Below are positions 48,019 to 60,249 of a stretch of DNA of 64,000 nucleotides, piece by piece; within the stretch, counting starts at the first letter, position 1, and each line of letters begins with the position of its first letter. Origin of the DNA: Pristiophorus japonicus. Its lineage: Eukaryota. Made by a program: the position numbers and the translations under genes. Under the pieces are notes generated by a model that was not told the origin of the DNA, searched no databases, and saw only the letters and a program-made list of their open reading frames with translations. The stretch spans positions 20,336,001-20,400,000 of the forward strand of contig NC_091994.1 of the NCBI RefSeq assembly GCF_044704955.1. The letters run 5' to 3'.

Positions 48019-50925
48019 TCAGTACCCCCTTCCTGCTTTCTCGCCATACCCCTTGATCCCCCTAGTAGTAAGGACTTCATCTAACTCCCTTTTGAATATA
48101 TTTAATGAATTGGCCTCAACAACTTTCTGTGGTAGAGAATTCCACAGGTTCATCACTCTCTGGGTGAAGAAATTCCTCCTCATCTCGGTCCTAAATGGCT
48201 TACCCCTTATCCTTAGACTGTGTCCCCTGGTTCTGGACTTCCCCAACATTGGGAACATTCTTCCTGCATCTAACCTGTCTAACCCCGTCAGAATTTTAAG
48301 CGTTTCTATGAGGTCCCCTCTCATTCTTCTGAACTCCAGTGAATACAAGCCCAGTTGATCCAGTCTTTCTTGATAGGTCAGTCCCGCCATCCCGGGAATC
48401 AGTCTGGTGAACCTTCGCTGCACTCCCTCAATAGCAAGAATGTCCTTCCTCCGGTTAGGAGACCAAAACTGTACACAATACTCCAGGTGTGGCCTCACCA
48501 AGGCCCTGTACAACTGTAGCAACACCTCCCTGCCCCTGTACTCAAATCCCCTCACTATGAAGGCCAACATGCCATTTGCTTTCTTAACCGCCTGCTGTAC
48601 CTGCATGCCAACCTTCAATGACTGATGTACCATGATACCCAGATCTCTTTGCACCTCCCCTTTTCCTAATCTGTCACCATTCAGATAATAGTCTGTCTCT
48701 CTGTTTTTACCACCAAAGTGGATAACCTCACATTTATCCACATTATACTTCATCTGCCATGCATTTGCCCACTCACCTGACCTATCCAAGTCGCTCTGCA
48801 GCCTCATAGCATCCTCCTCGCAGCTCACACTGCCACCCAACTTAGTGTCATCCGCAAATTTGGAGATACTACATTTAATCCCCTCGTCTAAATCATTAAT
48901 GTACAGTGTAAACAGCTGGGGCCCCAGCACAGAACCTTGCGGTACCCCAGTAGTCACTGCCTGCCATTCTGAAAAGTCCCCATTTACTCCTACTCTTTGC
49001 TTCCTGTCTGACAACCAGTTCTCAATCCATGTCAGCACACTACCTCCAATCCCATGTGCTTTAACTTTGCACATTAATCTCTTGTGTGGGATCTTGTCGA
49101 AAGCCTTCTGAAAGTCCAAATATACCACATCAACTGGTTCTCCCTTGTCCACTCTCCTGGAAACATCCTCAAAAAATTCCAGAAGATTTGTCAAGCATGA
49201 TTTCCCTTTCACAGGTCCAAGTCAGCATGGATTTATCATATCACCTCTTTCCAAATGCACTGCTATGACATCCTTAATAATTGATTCCACCATTTTACCC
49301 ACTACCGATGTCAGACTGACCTGTCTATAATTCCCTGTTATCTCTCTCCCTCCTTTTTTAAAAAGTGGAGTTACATTGGCTACCCTTCACTCCATAGGAA
49401 CTGATCCCGAGTCAATGGAATGTTGGAAAATGACTGTCAATGCATCCACTATTTCCAAGGCCACCTCCTTAAGTACTCTGGGATGCAGTCCATCAGGCCC
49501 TGGGGATTTATCGGCCTTCAATCCCATCAATTTCCCCAACACAATTTCCCGACTAATAAGGATTTCCCTCAGTTCCTCCTCCTTACTAGACCCTCCGACC
49601 CCTTTTATATCCGGAAGGTTGTTTGTGTCCTCCTTAGTGAATACCGAACCAAAGTACTTGTTCAATTGGTCCGCCATTTCTTTGTTCCCCGTTATGACTT
49701 CCCCTGATTCTGACTGCAGGGGACCTACGTTTGTCTTTACTAACCTTTTTCTCTTTACATATCTATAGAAACTTTTGCAATCCATCTTAATGTTCCCTGC
49801 AAGCTTCTTCTCGTACTCCATTTTCCCTGCCCTAATCAAACCCTTTGTCCTCCTCTGCTGAGTTCTAAGCTTCTCCCAGTCCCTGGGTTCGCTGCTATTT
49901 CTGGCCAATTTGTATGCCACTTCCTTGGCTTTAATACTATCCCTGATTTCCCTTGATAGCCATGGTTGAGCCACCTTCCCTTTTTTATTTTTACGCCAGA
50001 CAGGAATGTACAATTGTTGTAGTTCATCCATGCGGTCTCTAAATGTCTGCCATTGCCCATCCACAGTCAACCCCTTCAGTATCATTCGCCAATCTATCCT
50101 AGCCAATTCACGCCTCATACCTTCAAAGTTACCCTTCTTTAAGTTCTGGACCATGGTCTCTGAATTAACTGTTTCATTCTCCATCCTAATGCAGAATTCC
50201 ACCATATTATGGTCACTCTTCCACAAGGGGCCTCGCACAACGAGATTGCTTATTAATCCTCTCTCATTACACAACACCCAGTCTAAGATGGCCTCCCCCC
50301 TAGTTGGTTCCTCGACATATTGGTCTAAAAAACCATCCCTTATGCACTCCAGGAAATCCTCCTCCACCGTATTGCTTCCAGTTTGGTTAGCCCAATCTAT
50401 GTGCATATTAAAGTCACCCATTATAACTGCTGCACCTTTATTGCACGCACCCTTAATCTCATGTTTGATGCCCTCCCCAACATCACTACTACTGTTTGGA
50501 GGTCTGTACACAACTCCCACTAACGTTTTTTGCCCTTTGGTGTTCTGCAGCTCGACCTATATAGATTCCACATCATCCAAGCTAATGTCCTTCCGAACTA
50601 TTGCCTTAATTTCCTCCTTAACCAGCAATGCTACCCCACCTCCTTTTCCTTTTATTCTATCTTTCCTGAATGTTGAATACCCCTGGATGTTGAGTTCCCA
50701 GCCCTGATCATCCTGGAGCCACGTCTCCGAAATCCCAATCACATCATATTTGTTAACATCTATTTGCACAGTTAATTCATCCACCTTATTGCGGATACTC
50801 CTTGCATTAAGACACAAAGCCTTCAGGCTTGTTTTTTTAACACCCTTTGTCCTTATAGAATTTTGCTGTACAATGGCCCTTTTTGTTCTTTGCCTTGGAT
50901 TTCTCTGCCCTCCACTTTTCCTCAT
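48019..50925 (-). pseudogene. CR1 ORF2 (APE + RT) with a stop at about 50557, a frameshift near 49387 and a micro-inversion
   Basis: ORFs 50557..51159, 49387..50520 and 48019..49212 are consecutive parts of ORF2. Confidence 0.9.
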
Positions 50926-51002
50926 CTCCTTTCTGTCTTTTGCTTTTGCCTCCTTTTTGTTTCCCTCTGTCTCCCTGCATTGGTTCCCATCCCCCTGCCA
51001 TA

Positions 51003-51930
51003 TTAGTTTAACTCCTCCCCAATAGCACTGGCAAACACTCCCCCTAGGACATTGGTTCCGGTCCTGCCCAGGTGCAGACCGTCCGGTTTGTACTGGTCCC
51101 ACCTCCCCCAGAACCGATTCCAATGCCCCAGGAATTTGAATCCCTCCCTGCTGCACCACTGCTCAAGCCTGCGATTCCTACTCTGACTATCATGTGGCAC
51201 TGGTAGCAATCCTGAGATTACTACTTTTGAGGTCCTACTTTTTAATTTAGCTCCTTGCTCCTTAAATTCGTTTCGTAGGACCTCATCCCTTTTTTTTACC
51301 TATGTCGTTGGTACCAATTTGCACCACGACAACTGGCTGATCTCCCTCCCTTTTTAGAATGTCCTGCACCCGCTCCGAGACATCCTTGACCCTTGCACCA
51401 GGGAGGCAACATACCATCCTGGAGTCTCGGTTGCGGCCGCAGAAATGCCTATCTATTCCCCTTACAATTGAATCCCCTATCACTATCGCTCTCCCACTCT
51501 TTTTCCTGCCCTGCTGTGCAACAGAGCCAGCCATGGTGCCATGAACTTGGCTGCTGCTGCCCTCCCCTGATGAGTCATCCCCCTCAACAGTACCCAAAGC
51601 AGTGTATCTGTTTTGCAGGGAGATGACCACAGGGGACTCCTGCACTACCTTCCTTGCATTGCTCTTCCTGTTGGTCTTCCATTCCCTTTCTGGCTGTGGA
51701 CCCTTTCCCTGCGGTACGACCAACTCGCTACACGTGATACTCACGTCATTCTCAGCATCGTGGATGCTCCAGAGTGAATCCACCCTCAGCTCCAACTCCG
51801 CAACGCGGACCGTCAGGAGCTGGAGGTGGATACACTTCCTGCACACATAGTCGTCAGGGACACCGGAGTCGTCCCTGAGTTCCCACATGGTACAGGAGGA
51901 GCATAACACCCGACCGAGCTCTCCTGCCAT
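51003..51930 (-). pseudogene. CR1 ORF1 (esterase type), frameshifted at a poly-A run near 51290
   Basis: ORFs 51283..51930 and 51003..51209 together give the GDS, GxND and DxxH esterase blocks. Confidence 0.88.
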
Positions 51931-52634
51931 GACTTAACCCTTAGATACACTTAAATTGGCAACAACAATGTTAAAGTTTACTCACTGTTATAGAAGAGAA
52001 TTTGCGAGGCCAGACAGGCGTGCATTGGAATAGTCAAGTCTAGAGGTAACAAAAGCATGGATGAGGGCTTCAGCAGCGAATGAGCTGAGGCAAGGGCGGA
52101 GACGGGCGACGTTCTGGAAGACCATATAAACTGCCATCCAGCATTGCTAGTTAGTGACACAAAGGTGCAATTTGATTTAGACCACCCAGCAGGCATTTTA
52201 AACGTAATCATAAAAAGCTTACTTATTAGCCAGCATTTATTATTTGTTTTTGCTGTTGACTACTTTACCATCTATCTTCTGCTGCTTGGCTGCCATTCCC
52301 TCAACCCACCCAATCCTAAAGATTCCCATTGGGACTTTCCTTGTCTCCTTTCTTTTTGGAAAAAGAGGGGAAACAAAGTAGGGAGGCCTGGCTGGTCCAG
52401 TAGCACCGAAAGCGCACCATGGTTGCCCACCAGTACACCTGCGGTAAAATATACAGACTGAGGCACTCCTCCCTCCACTTGACATAGTGCTCGTGGAGTC
52501 CGCACTTCTTAAGGAAACCATCAGTGATGTTTTGATACTTGTTTCAATGCAACTTACCTGGCTTTAAAGTCCACAACTCCAGTTAGCCTGAGGACATCAG
52601 TAACATTAGCTCACCAGCTCTGTACTTGCGGGTG

Positions 52635-53005
52635 CCAGTCGTGGCTTAGTGGTAGCACTCTTGTCCCTGAGTCCGAAGTTTGTGGGTTCAAGTCTCATTA
52701 CAGAACCTTAAGCCCCAAAATCTAGGCTGACACTCCAATTGCAGCACTGAGGGAGTGCTGCACTGTTGGAGGTGCCGTCTTTTTCAGATGAGATTTTAAA
52801 CCAAAAGGCCCCCATCTGCCCCCTCAGGTGGACATAAAAGATCCTAGATTTGAAGAAGAGCAGGGGAGTTGTGGGATCTTGCTGTGCACAAATTGGCTTC
52901 CTACATTACAACAGTGACTACACTTCAAAAGTACTTCATTGTAAAGTGCTTTGGGACATCCTGAGGTCATGAAAGGTGCTATATAAATGCAAGTCTTTCT
53001 TTCTT
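52635..53005 (+). mobile_element. tRNA-headed Deu-domain SINE, internally deleted
   Basis: gtggcttagtggtagcactc...gggttcaagtc head; Deu core; tail aaaggtgctatataaatgcaagtctttc. Confidence 0.85.
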
Positions 53006-53407
53006 AAAGGAAGACACAGATGCATTGATCACCTGAGATAAAGCAACTGGCAACAGTATGACGGAACATTCAATTTTACAGAATGGCAGGGTTCCCTGAG
53101 GAGCAAGAAATCATAGCTTTCCACTCACAGCCATAGATCAATGCCGTCACTTACATCAGAAGAAAAGAATTCCATTCTCTCAATGCTCAGCTCATTTGTG
53201 ATCAGCAACAGAGCACCACACAAGCGAATTCCCCATTTCTTTGAAACTGCCATGATGCCTTCATTTTAAAGCAGTCTGCTGTGCCAGTGTTTTTTAACCT
53301 ACAAAGGCATATCTCAGGAAAGGCAGGTCCTGCGAAATCAAGACGACCCTCTATAGCCATGGCAGATGATACCTGCGTGCTTTCCCTGGATACCAGCAGA
53401 GCAACAG

Positions 53408-53469
53408 TACAACTAGGTCCATTCTGTCACCAATTAAACAACGCTACAACTAGGTCCATTCTGTCACCA
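53408..53469 (+). repeat. 25-bp perfect direct repeat with a 12-bp spacer
   Basis: tacaactaggtccattctgtcacca at 53408-53432 and 53445-53469. Confidence 0.9.
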
Positions 53470-53934
53470 GACTGTGATCATAGAGCGCATGATTGGGAAT
53501 TCCAGCAGGTGCACGTTGGATACCTGGATCAGTCTGCAATGTTGCCCAGTTTAAAATCTGGAGCAATATGGTTGTGTGCTGCATGCTGCACAGCTTTGCC
53601 TTGCAATGAGGCCTCATCATGGCAGCTTCAGAGGAGGAAGGCTTCCAGGGAAGAAGAGAGATCAGCTGTAGGAGCAGCAACAGCCTGATGAGTAAGAGGA
53701 TCAACCCATGGTCAGCTACAAGACACATTCATGCCAATTTGACATGGGAAACATTCTCTTGACCACTGCAGCTGTCCAATGCACAAACTATATGCACCTT
53801 CCACACAGAGATGGCAGCGTCTACAGACCTTTGTCTGTGCACTTAGTGCCTGAGTGTGACTAGTTCCTTTATACTTTGGTACAAGTAGGTGATTTATGAC
53901 CTCTCCCTAATCGTGTGGGGTATTATTGCACCTA

Positions 53935-54398
53935 TCAGCCATGGCTCAGTGGGTGGTACACACGCCTCTGATTCATAAGCCTGTGGGTTCAAGTCCCACT
54001 CCAGGGACTTGAGCACAAAAATCTAGGCTGACAGTTGCAGTACAGTGCTGAGGGAGCGCTGCACTGTCTGAGGTGCCGTCTTTCAGATGAAACGTTAAAC
54101 TGAGGCCCTGTCTGCTCTCTCAGGTGGAGGTCAAAGATTCCATGGCACTATTTCAAAGAAGAGCAGGGGAGTTATCCCCGGTGTCCTGGCCAATATTTAT
54201 CTCTCAATCAACATCGCTAAAACAGATTATCTGGTAATTATCACATTGCTGTTTGTGAGAGCTTGCTGTGCACAAATTGGCTGCCACGTTTCCCTCATTA
54301 CAACAGTGACTGCACTTCAACATTTTTTCATTGGCTGTAAAGCGCTTTGAGATGTCCGGTGATCATTGAAAGGTGCCTTATAAATGCAAGTCTTTCTG
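53935..54398 (+). mobile_element. Full-length tRNA-headed Deu-domain SINE (SacSINE1-like)
   Basis: A box tggctcagtggg; B box gggttcaagtccc; core ggtgccgtctttcagatgaaacgttaaac...gattccatggcact...ccccggtgtcctggccaa resembles the AmnSINE1/SINE3 Deu domain (recalled, not searched). Confidence 0.88.
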
Positions 54399-55312
54399 TA
54401 ATTTTAAAGTTAGTCTAACAGCAGAACATGCAGTGGGGGTCAGATCACTTGCATTCTGGCAGGCACAAATCACATGTTGCCATTATTTCCACTCTGAAAA
54501 GCTACATTTTATGCTTTGGTTCCTGTTTAATTGAATCCTTATTTGACTTTCTGATCATTTTTGCACTAATGGACAATACAGGTTGTAGTGTCCCACAGTG
54601 TGGGCCTTAGCCCTTTGCTAAATTTCTCAATTATAAAAAAAACCTATTATATGAGAATCACTCCAAGCATTTGGATTGTCTCATCTTACTGTTGTTCTAA
54701 TCGCTTCTTCTGCAATGGAAAGGCACCCCATAACAGACGGGAAGCCGGGAGTATTGTAAATCAAAAGGGTGGTGAAGGAATATTTAGGGTTACCTAGCAG
54801 CAGGTAAAAAAAGTGGACTGTTAAAGCCTAATTAGTAAACTTGTTGAAAGATGTAAACATTAAAAGAAGGATCAAAACAGGAAATATGTACATGCCCATA
54901 ATAACATGGATTTAATTTGAGATCTAATGATACAAAGTCTATGTGGATGATTGAGTTCTATGACAAGAATGAAAAATATATCTAAAATTCAATTTAACAA
55001 GAAATATTTATATAGGCAGCCAAGAGATGTCTGCAGCTTATGAGAATCCTGAATGAGATACAAACGAGAATCAAAACTCTTAATTATGAAATGTTTAATA
55101 TATCAATCAAATGTAGAACTGGAGGGGCAAGATAAAGTCCTGAGACTGAAAAGATATCTTACCTGGCAGGTATCTCAAGTTGGTATTGTGTAGTGCATAC
55201 TCATCAGTCTTGGGGCAAATGAAATGGGCTAGGAATTAACCGCTAATATTTGGAAGGAGATCTGGTGAGGATTCAATCAGGAGCGTTGAAGTTTGACCCG
55301 AAGCATAAAATA

Positions 55313-55481
55313 GGGCTAGACTTTCCACTTGGATCGCTAGTGCCCCAAAAATGGGCGACGTTCCAGCCTTAGCAATGTTTCACCCTTCATGATCGCTGGA
55401 ACATTGCCCAATTTTGGGATCACGACTTTTGGCTTTTTTTAGGGATGATAGCCCAGCGATCTCAAGTGGAAAGTCTCGCCT
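55313..55481. mobile_element. Palindromic Harbinger-type MITE (169 bp)
   Basis: TIRs gggctagactttccacttg / caagtggaaagtctcgcct; TSD ATA/ATA; internal inverted repeat cgttccagc / gctggaac. Confidence 0.8.
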
Positions 55482-55749
55482 ATAATGATTACTAGAGCAA
55501 ACCTATTGGCTAGGAAATTAAGACATGCAGTGGCAGTGTCTGTAGTTAAGAGTCTGGAGTTAAAAGAAGGGTTTAGACCCAATTTATAACATCCTTAAAG
55601 ATTCTGCCATATGATTTATTACAGGACCTTTTCTTTGCAAATAACTTTTTGTGTTCTTGAGTTAAAGAGAACTCCCTTCAGGAATCGGGACAGACAGTGA
55701 TAATATCAGAACTACAGAGTTCAGGAGAGGAAGCCCTTCTTGGATTAGA

Positions 55750-55965
55750 GCATCCTGACTTGGAAATATCTCGCTGTTCCTTCATCGTCTCTGGGTCAAA
55801 ATCCTGGAACTCCCTCCCTAGCAGCACTGAGAGTACCTTCATCACATGGACTGCAGCGGTTCAAGAAGGTGGCTCAACACCATCTACTTGAGGGCAATTC
55901 GGGATGGGCAATAAATCTTGGCCTTGCCAGCGATGCCCACATCCTGGAATGCATTTAAAAAAAAA
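55750..55965 (+). mobile_element. 3' end of another LINE/SINE family (also at about 16110-16185 on -)
   Basis: gggtcaaaatcctggaactccctccc...ttcaagaaggtggctca...gggcaattcgggatgggcaataaa followed by an A tail; reverse complement seen at 16110-16185. Confidence 0.65.
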
Positions 55966-56831
55966 AAATCTGGGCAGAGCTTCTACTGAAAGAGGAAAAA
56001 ACACTTGGAAGGTAGGGCTAGAAAGTCGAGATGCACAGCCATGCTGTTCATCAAATGTCTCCATTGTTCAACTTTTCTGGCGCTGCCCATATTATGGTAA
56101 ATAATAAACACAAGACTATTTTTTAGCTAACCCGCCATGGAGACATTGTCAAATGCTTCAGGAAGTGTACGGCATGTCTGGAGTTTGAAACTGAAATGTT
56201 ATTCCATTCTGACTGCAACACAAGGCACTGAAAGGATGAGGTAATGGGAGGCTCTCATTATAGAATGTGGACGTTGAGATGCGATTCCTTATCCAGGTAA
56301 CCAGACACTGATTGGATATCTAAAATAACTTGGATGTAAATCCTCTTCAGAAACTGGGGGGGGGGGGGGGTGGAGTGGGAGGGTGGTAAATGTGTTTGCC
56401 TACATAACAACATTCACTGCACTTCAAAGTAATCCATTTTATATGATATTCGAGATGTAATAAGGTTTGATAATTTGCTCTTGCTTGCTTTCTTCAATGG
56501 TTCTTTCACTGTGAATAATGTAAAAGATATTTTTTGTACTTTGCTCTTGGATAGTAGTGGGCAAACTAACCAAAGGCCAAATATTCAAGTCTGTTTCCAT
56601 GATGAAAATTTAGAACATCTGGAATTTCCCAGTGGGCAAAATTTATTTTTTTAAATACCATGTTTATATTCAGCCAAGTTGTAATGGATTTATGTAAAAT
56701 ATAAAAGCAGAAAACCAATTGCAAAACAACATGGGTAAGAAATGCAAATGAATGTTGATGACATTCACATTTCACAAAGTCATTGGGGCCGATTTTGGTA
56801 TTAATGCCTAAAAATTGGGTTGGTGGCCTTA

Positions 56832-57536
56832 CTAAGAACATAAGAATTAGAATATATGAGTAGGCCATATGGCCTTTTGAACCTGCTCTGCCATTCAATA
56901 AGATCATGCTGATCTTCGACCTTAACTCTATTTTCCTGCCCGATCCTCATATCCCTTGATTCCCCTAGAGTCCAAAATCTATCTATGTCAGCCTTGACTA
57001 TACTCAATCTCACAGCATCCTCAGCCATTTGTGAAGAAATTTCTCCTCTCAGTCTTAAATGGCTGACCCCTTATCCTGAGACTATAGCCCCCTAGTTCTA
57101 GACTCTCCAGCCAGGGAAAACAACCTCTCTGCATCTATCCTGTCAATCCCCCTCAGAATCTGAAATGTTTCAATGAGATCACCTCTCATTCTTCTAAACT
57201 CCAGAGAGTATAGGCCCAATTTCTCTTCATAGGACAACCCTCTCATCCCAGGGATCAATCAAGTGAACCTTCATTGCACTGCCTCTCAGGCATGTATGTC
57301 TTTTCTCAGATAAGGAGACCAAAACTGTGCAATGTACTCCAGGTGTGGTCTCACTAAAGCCTTGTATAATTGTAGTAAGACTTCCTTACACTTGTACACC
57401 AACCCATTTGCAATAAAGGCCAACATGCCATTTGCCTTCCTAATTGCTTGCTGTACCTGCATGCTAACTCTCTGTGTTTCCTGTACGAGGATACCTAAAT
57501 CTCCCTGAAGTACGAGGACACCTATATCTCTCTGCA
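56832..57536 (-). mobile_element. CR1 LINE 3' fragment
   Basis: QVQQAIRKANGML...[21 protein letters not shown]; tail aagaacataagaa. Confidence 0.9.
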
Positions 57537-58826
57537 CAATTGGCATGGTGTGACTTTCACAGGGGGCCAGCACTGGGCAGGTGAAACGACTGCCTGAAAC
57601 AAACAATAGGCCTCTTTTCCATGCAGATCAAGTCCGAATGGCACAGTTAGGACAGCAATTGCAAATTTAAGGGACTTATGGGCGGAGCTTACAACACATA
57701 TCCCACGCCCATATCCCACGTTCCAATCAGGAAATAGCCAGAGTGCTCTTTCTGGCTCCACATAAATACTGCGGGCCACTGCCAGTCTGACCTCACCCTT
57801 TCTTAGCATCCTGCCCCACCCACTCCACCCAAGAACCTATCTGCGAGCCACTGCCTGCATTCCAGTCGGTCGGTATTCCTGAGACCGAGGACCAGTGAGC
57901 CGCATCAAGACACCCATTTGGCATCCTCCGCTCGCCCATCATATTTAAATGAGGCCGGAGCTTCAAAATCGCGGCTGCCTCTTTGCTGCAGGTCGGATGC
58001 CCAAATGTCCAAATCGACCCCACTGTGGCTGAATTTTGATGGAAACCCATCTCTAAAATATCACAGTAAAAGAAAAGAAAAAGTGTGGTTTAGCCTCAAA
58101 GGACCAAGCCCATTAAAGTGCATTTAGCAAAACAGTCAATGAATTGGGCAGATACTTACATGACTAAACGCCAATCAAAAATTCCCTATCTTTGTTCTTG
58201 AAAAGTGATCTACTGATTATTCAGTAATAAGGTAGTCATTTTATTCCTGTGTAATTGTTTTACACACACATAGCAGCCAGCATTTATGTGAACTGTAATA
58301 CTCAGATAATTGCTCACCACTTTACAAGTCTCGATATAAGTAGTGAATCCAAGCTGTATAGTAAAAACCAGAGCCACAACAATTCAATCTGTCAATCTTG
58401 CTGGCATCTCATGTCATCAGATGCCTTGGAGATGCTGAAGGAATTTCAAATCTCTTTCAAAATGGAAGGAACACGAAATGTAATATTACAATAACACCAT
58501 CAATCTGGATTAGGGACATCTAAATGTACAAATACACCAAATCTGTGGAGGTCCAATCTTCATTGACAACTTTATTACACTGAATTACTGGAGTAACTCA
58601 TTTTGCTCTGTCACTGATTTTGGAAAAAATGGGTTTGAAGACAACTGGTTTGCACAGAAACAGCACTGGAGATTTTGAAATCCCGAAACAAACACAACTG
58701 ACCAAAATATGCAATTTCATGACTGAAAATACACTGGAAATGGAAGTTCATTGAACGTTACGGAGGCCCTGGAAACGCACATTGTATATATTGTAATCCT
58801 GACCGCAATTCCCTTCTAAAGAGAGA

Positions 58827-59920
58827 CGGGTAGAGTTTCTGCTTTGGGCGCAATCAGTGATCTGGGTGCAAATTACGTCCAAAATTGCACTAGCTTTGAG
58901 AAGTGTTTATTTTTCTCAAGTTTCCATTCAAACTCATTTGCATATCGCCGAATGTAAAATCTGCCATAAACCAGTGCAATCAGGCAGCATTTTACATTTT
59001 TAAAACATTTTTATGCTTTAAAAATATTCCTAGAAAAATGTAAGAGTGGTAACTTGGTGCCTTTTGACTAATATAGCTCAAAATGGTTTATCACAAAAAA
59101 TTTGCCTTTTTAATCAGAGTGTCTAGTCCACTATTTGTGAGTAACTGATCTTAAATAACTGAAAATGACTTTAACAAAAACCATATAGAACCATTTGCTA
59201 GTTATATTGGTAGGCAGTACAGGTTGAACCTCCCCTATCCAGACTTCCCTTATCCAGAACCACCCCTCGTACAGAACCATTCCCGGCCACCGGGTGGCGC
59301 ATGCACAGAACTCCGACATGAATAAATTGAAGTCCTTCCTCGCTGCCGACTCCTGCAATCGCTGGCCTGACCCCGCGATCCACCGTCCCCCATGCCCCCC
59401 CCCCCCCAAGATCTCTCTGCCACACTCTCAGCCCCAAGCCAGCCAGCCCTGATATCCCCTTACTCAGTACCTGTACCATCCAATTTAACGTCCGGAAAAA
59501 TCCCTTATCCAGAACAGGCCAGGTCCCAAGGGTTCTAGATAAGGGAGGTTCAACCTGTAGTCAGTTTCTTAGTAAATTAAAAATATATATATATATATAT
59601 AAAATCTTTTAAAACAGGCCTATTAGTGTCTTTGTGCCCCCCCCAAAAAGCTTTGTTTTAAGATCCTCCTCGAAGGCCTGCAAATGGGCACAGTTAGCGG
59701 AAACTTGCCATGGTGATTAATTCGATCTGGGTGTGTGGCCAGTTTTGTGGGCGGGGCCAGCTTCTAGCGCGATGTTTTTAAACTCGTGCAAAAGATCGCG
59801 GAAACTCGATTTGTGCTGGCATAATTCGTTTTGAAATTCTGTGATCTTTTGCGCTTGTTTGGCTGATTCCGGGTGAATTGCTGTGAATAAAACAGCGCAG
59901 CCTAACGGAAACTCCAGGCC
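58827..59920. mobile_element. Harbinger-type non-autonomous element containing a nested Tigger-like MITE
   Basis: Ends cgggtagagtttct / ggaaactccaggcc; TSD AGA/AGA. Confidence 0.65.
59220..59557. mobile_element. Tc1/mariner-superfamily (pogo/Tigger-like) MITE, 338 bp
   Basis: TIRs caggttgaacctccc.tatc / gataagggaggttcaacctg; TA TSD on both sides; subterminal ccttatccaga repeats. Confidence 0.88.
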
Positions 59921-60249
59921 AGAATTTCTAAATAGGAATCCCGATCCTCTTTTGAGGTAGTTTTCTCTAATATTGTAGAGGAGCTTTTCTTCCCGCCCAA
60001 TTTTCTCTCCTCTTCTGCTGTCGACATCAATTGCTACTAATGTACTATTTGACAGGTGTCAGGTGCTCTCGGGTGCAGCAATAAACTGTCCATTCTCGAT
60101 GTGGGAGTCTGAACAGTGAATATAGCCAGGCTATTCTCCTATGAAACATCACAGACGATGTCAATCCTGTCCTCACTTGACATTCTCACTGTCAATGCTT
60201 AGTGATCAGGAGTGGCAACTCTAGATGATGATTCTGCCCATCTGCAGCC

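Larger units (their letters stand above)
47926..51995 (-). mobile_element. Near full-length CR1 LINE (ORF1 zinc finger-coiled coil-SGNH esterase; ORF2 APE-RT), lightly disrupted
   Basis: ORF1 ATG at 51930 (CSSC..CRKC, GDSIVRG, IGTND, DGLHL); ORF2 [48 protein letters not shown]; tail (aacataga)n on the + strand. Confidence 0.97.

Noticed and set aside
50006-50707. Antisense ORFs over CR1, Gypsy and RTE coding regions
   Set aside because: Shadow ORFs repeated in each TE copy; no independent evidence of coding function.
53050-53870. Possible decayed Harbinger or host exon (ORF 53281..53688)
   Set aside because: No motif clear enough to assign; left unannotated.
53935-54005. tRNA genes (also about 16680-16750 and 52635-52700)
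   Set aside because: The A/B boxes belong to SINE heads that continue into the SINE body; no intact cloverleaf.
55155-55172. Match to the U1 snRNA 5' end (cttacctggcagg)
   Set aside because: Only 13 nt match and the U1 body does not follow; at most a minus-strand splice-donor-like sequence.
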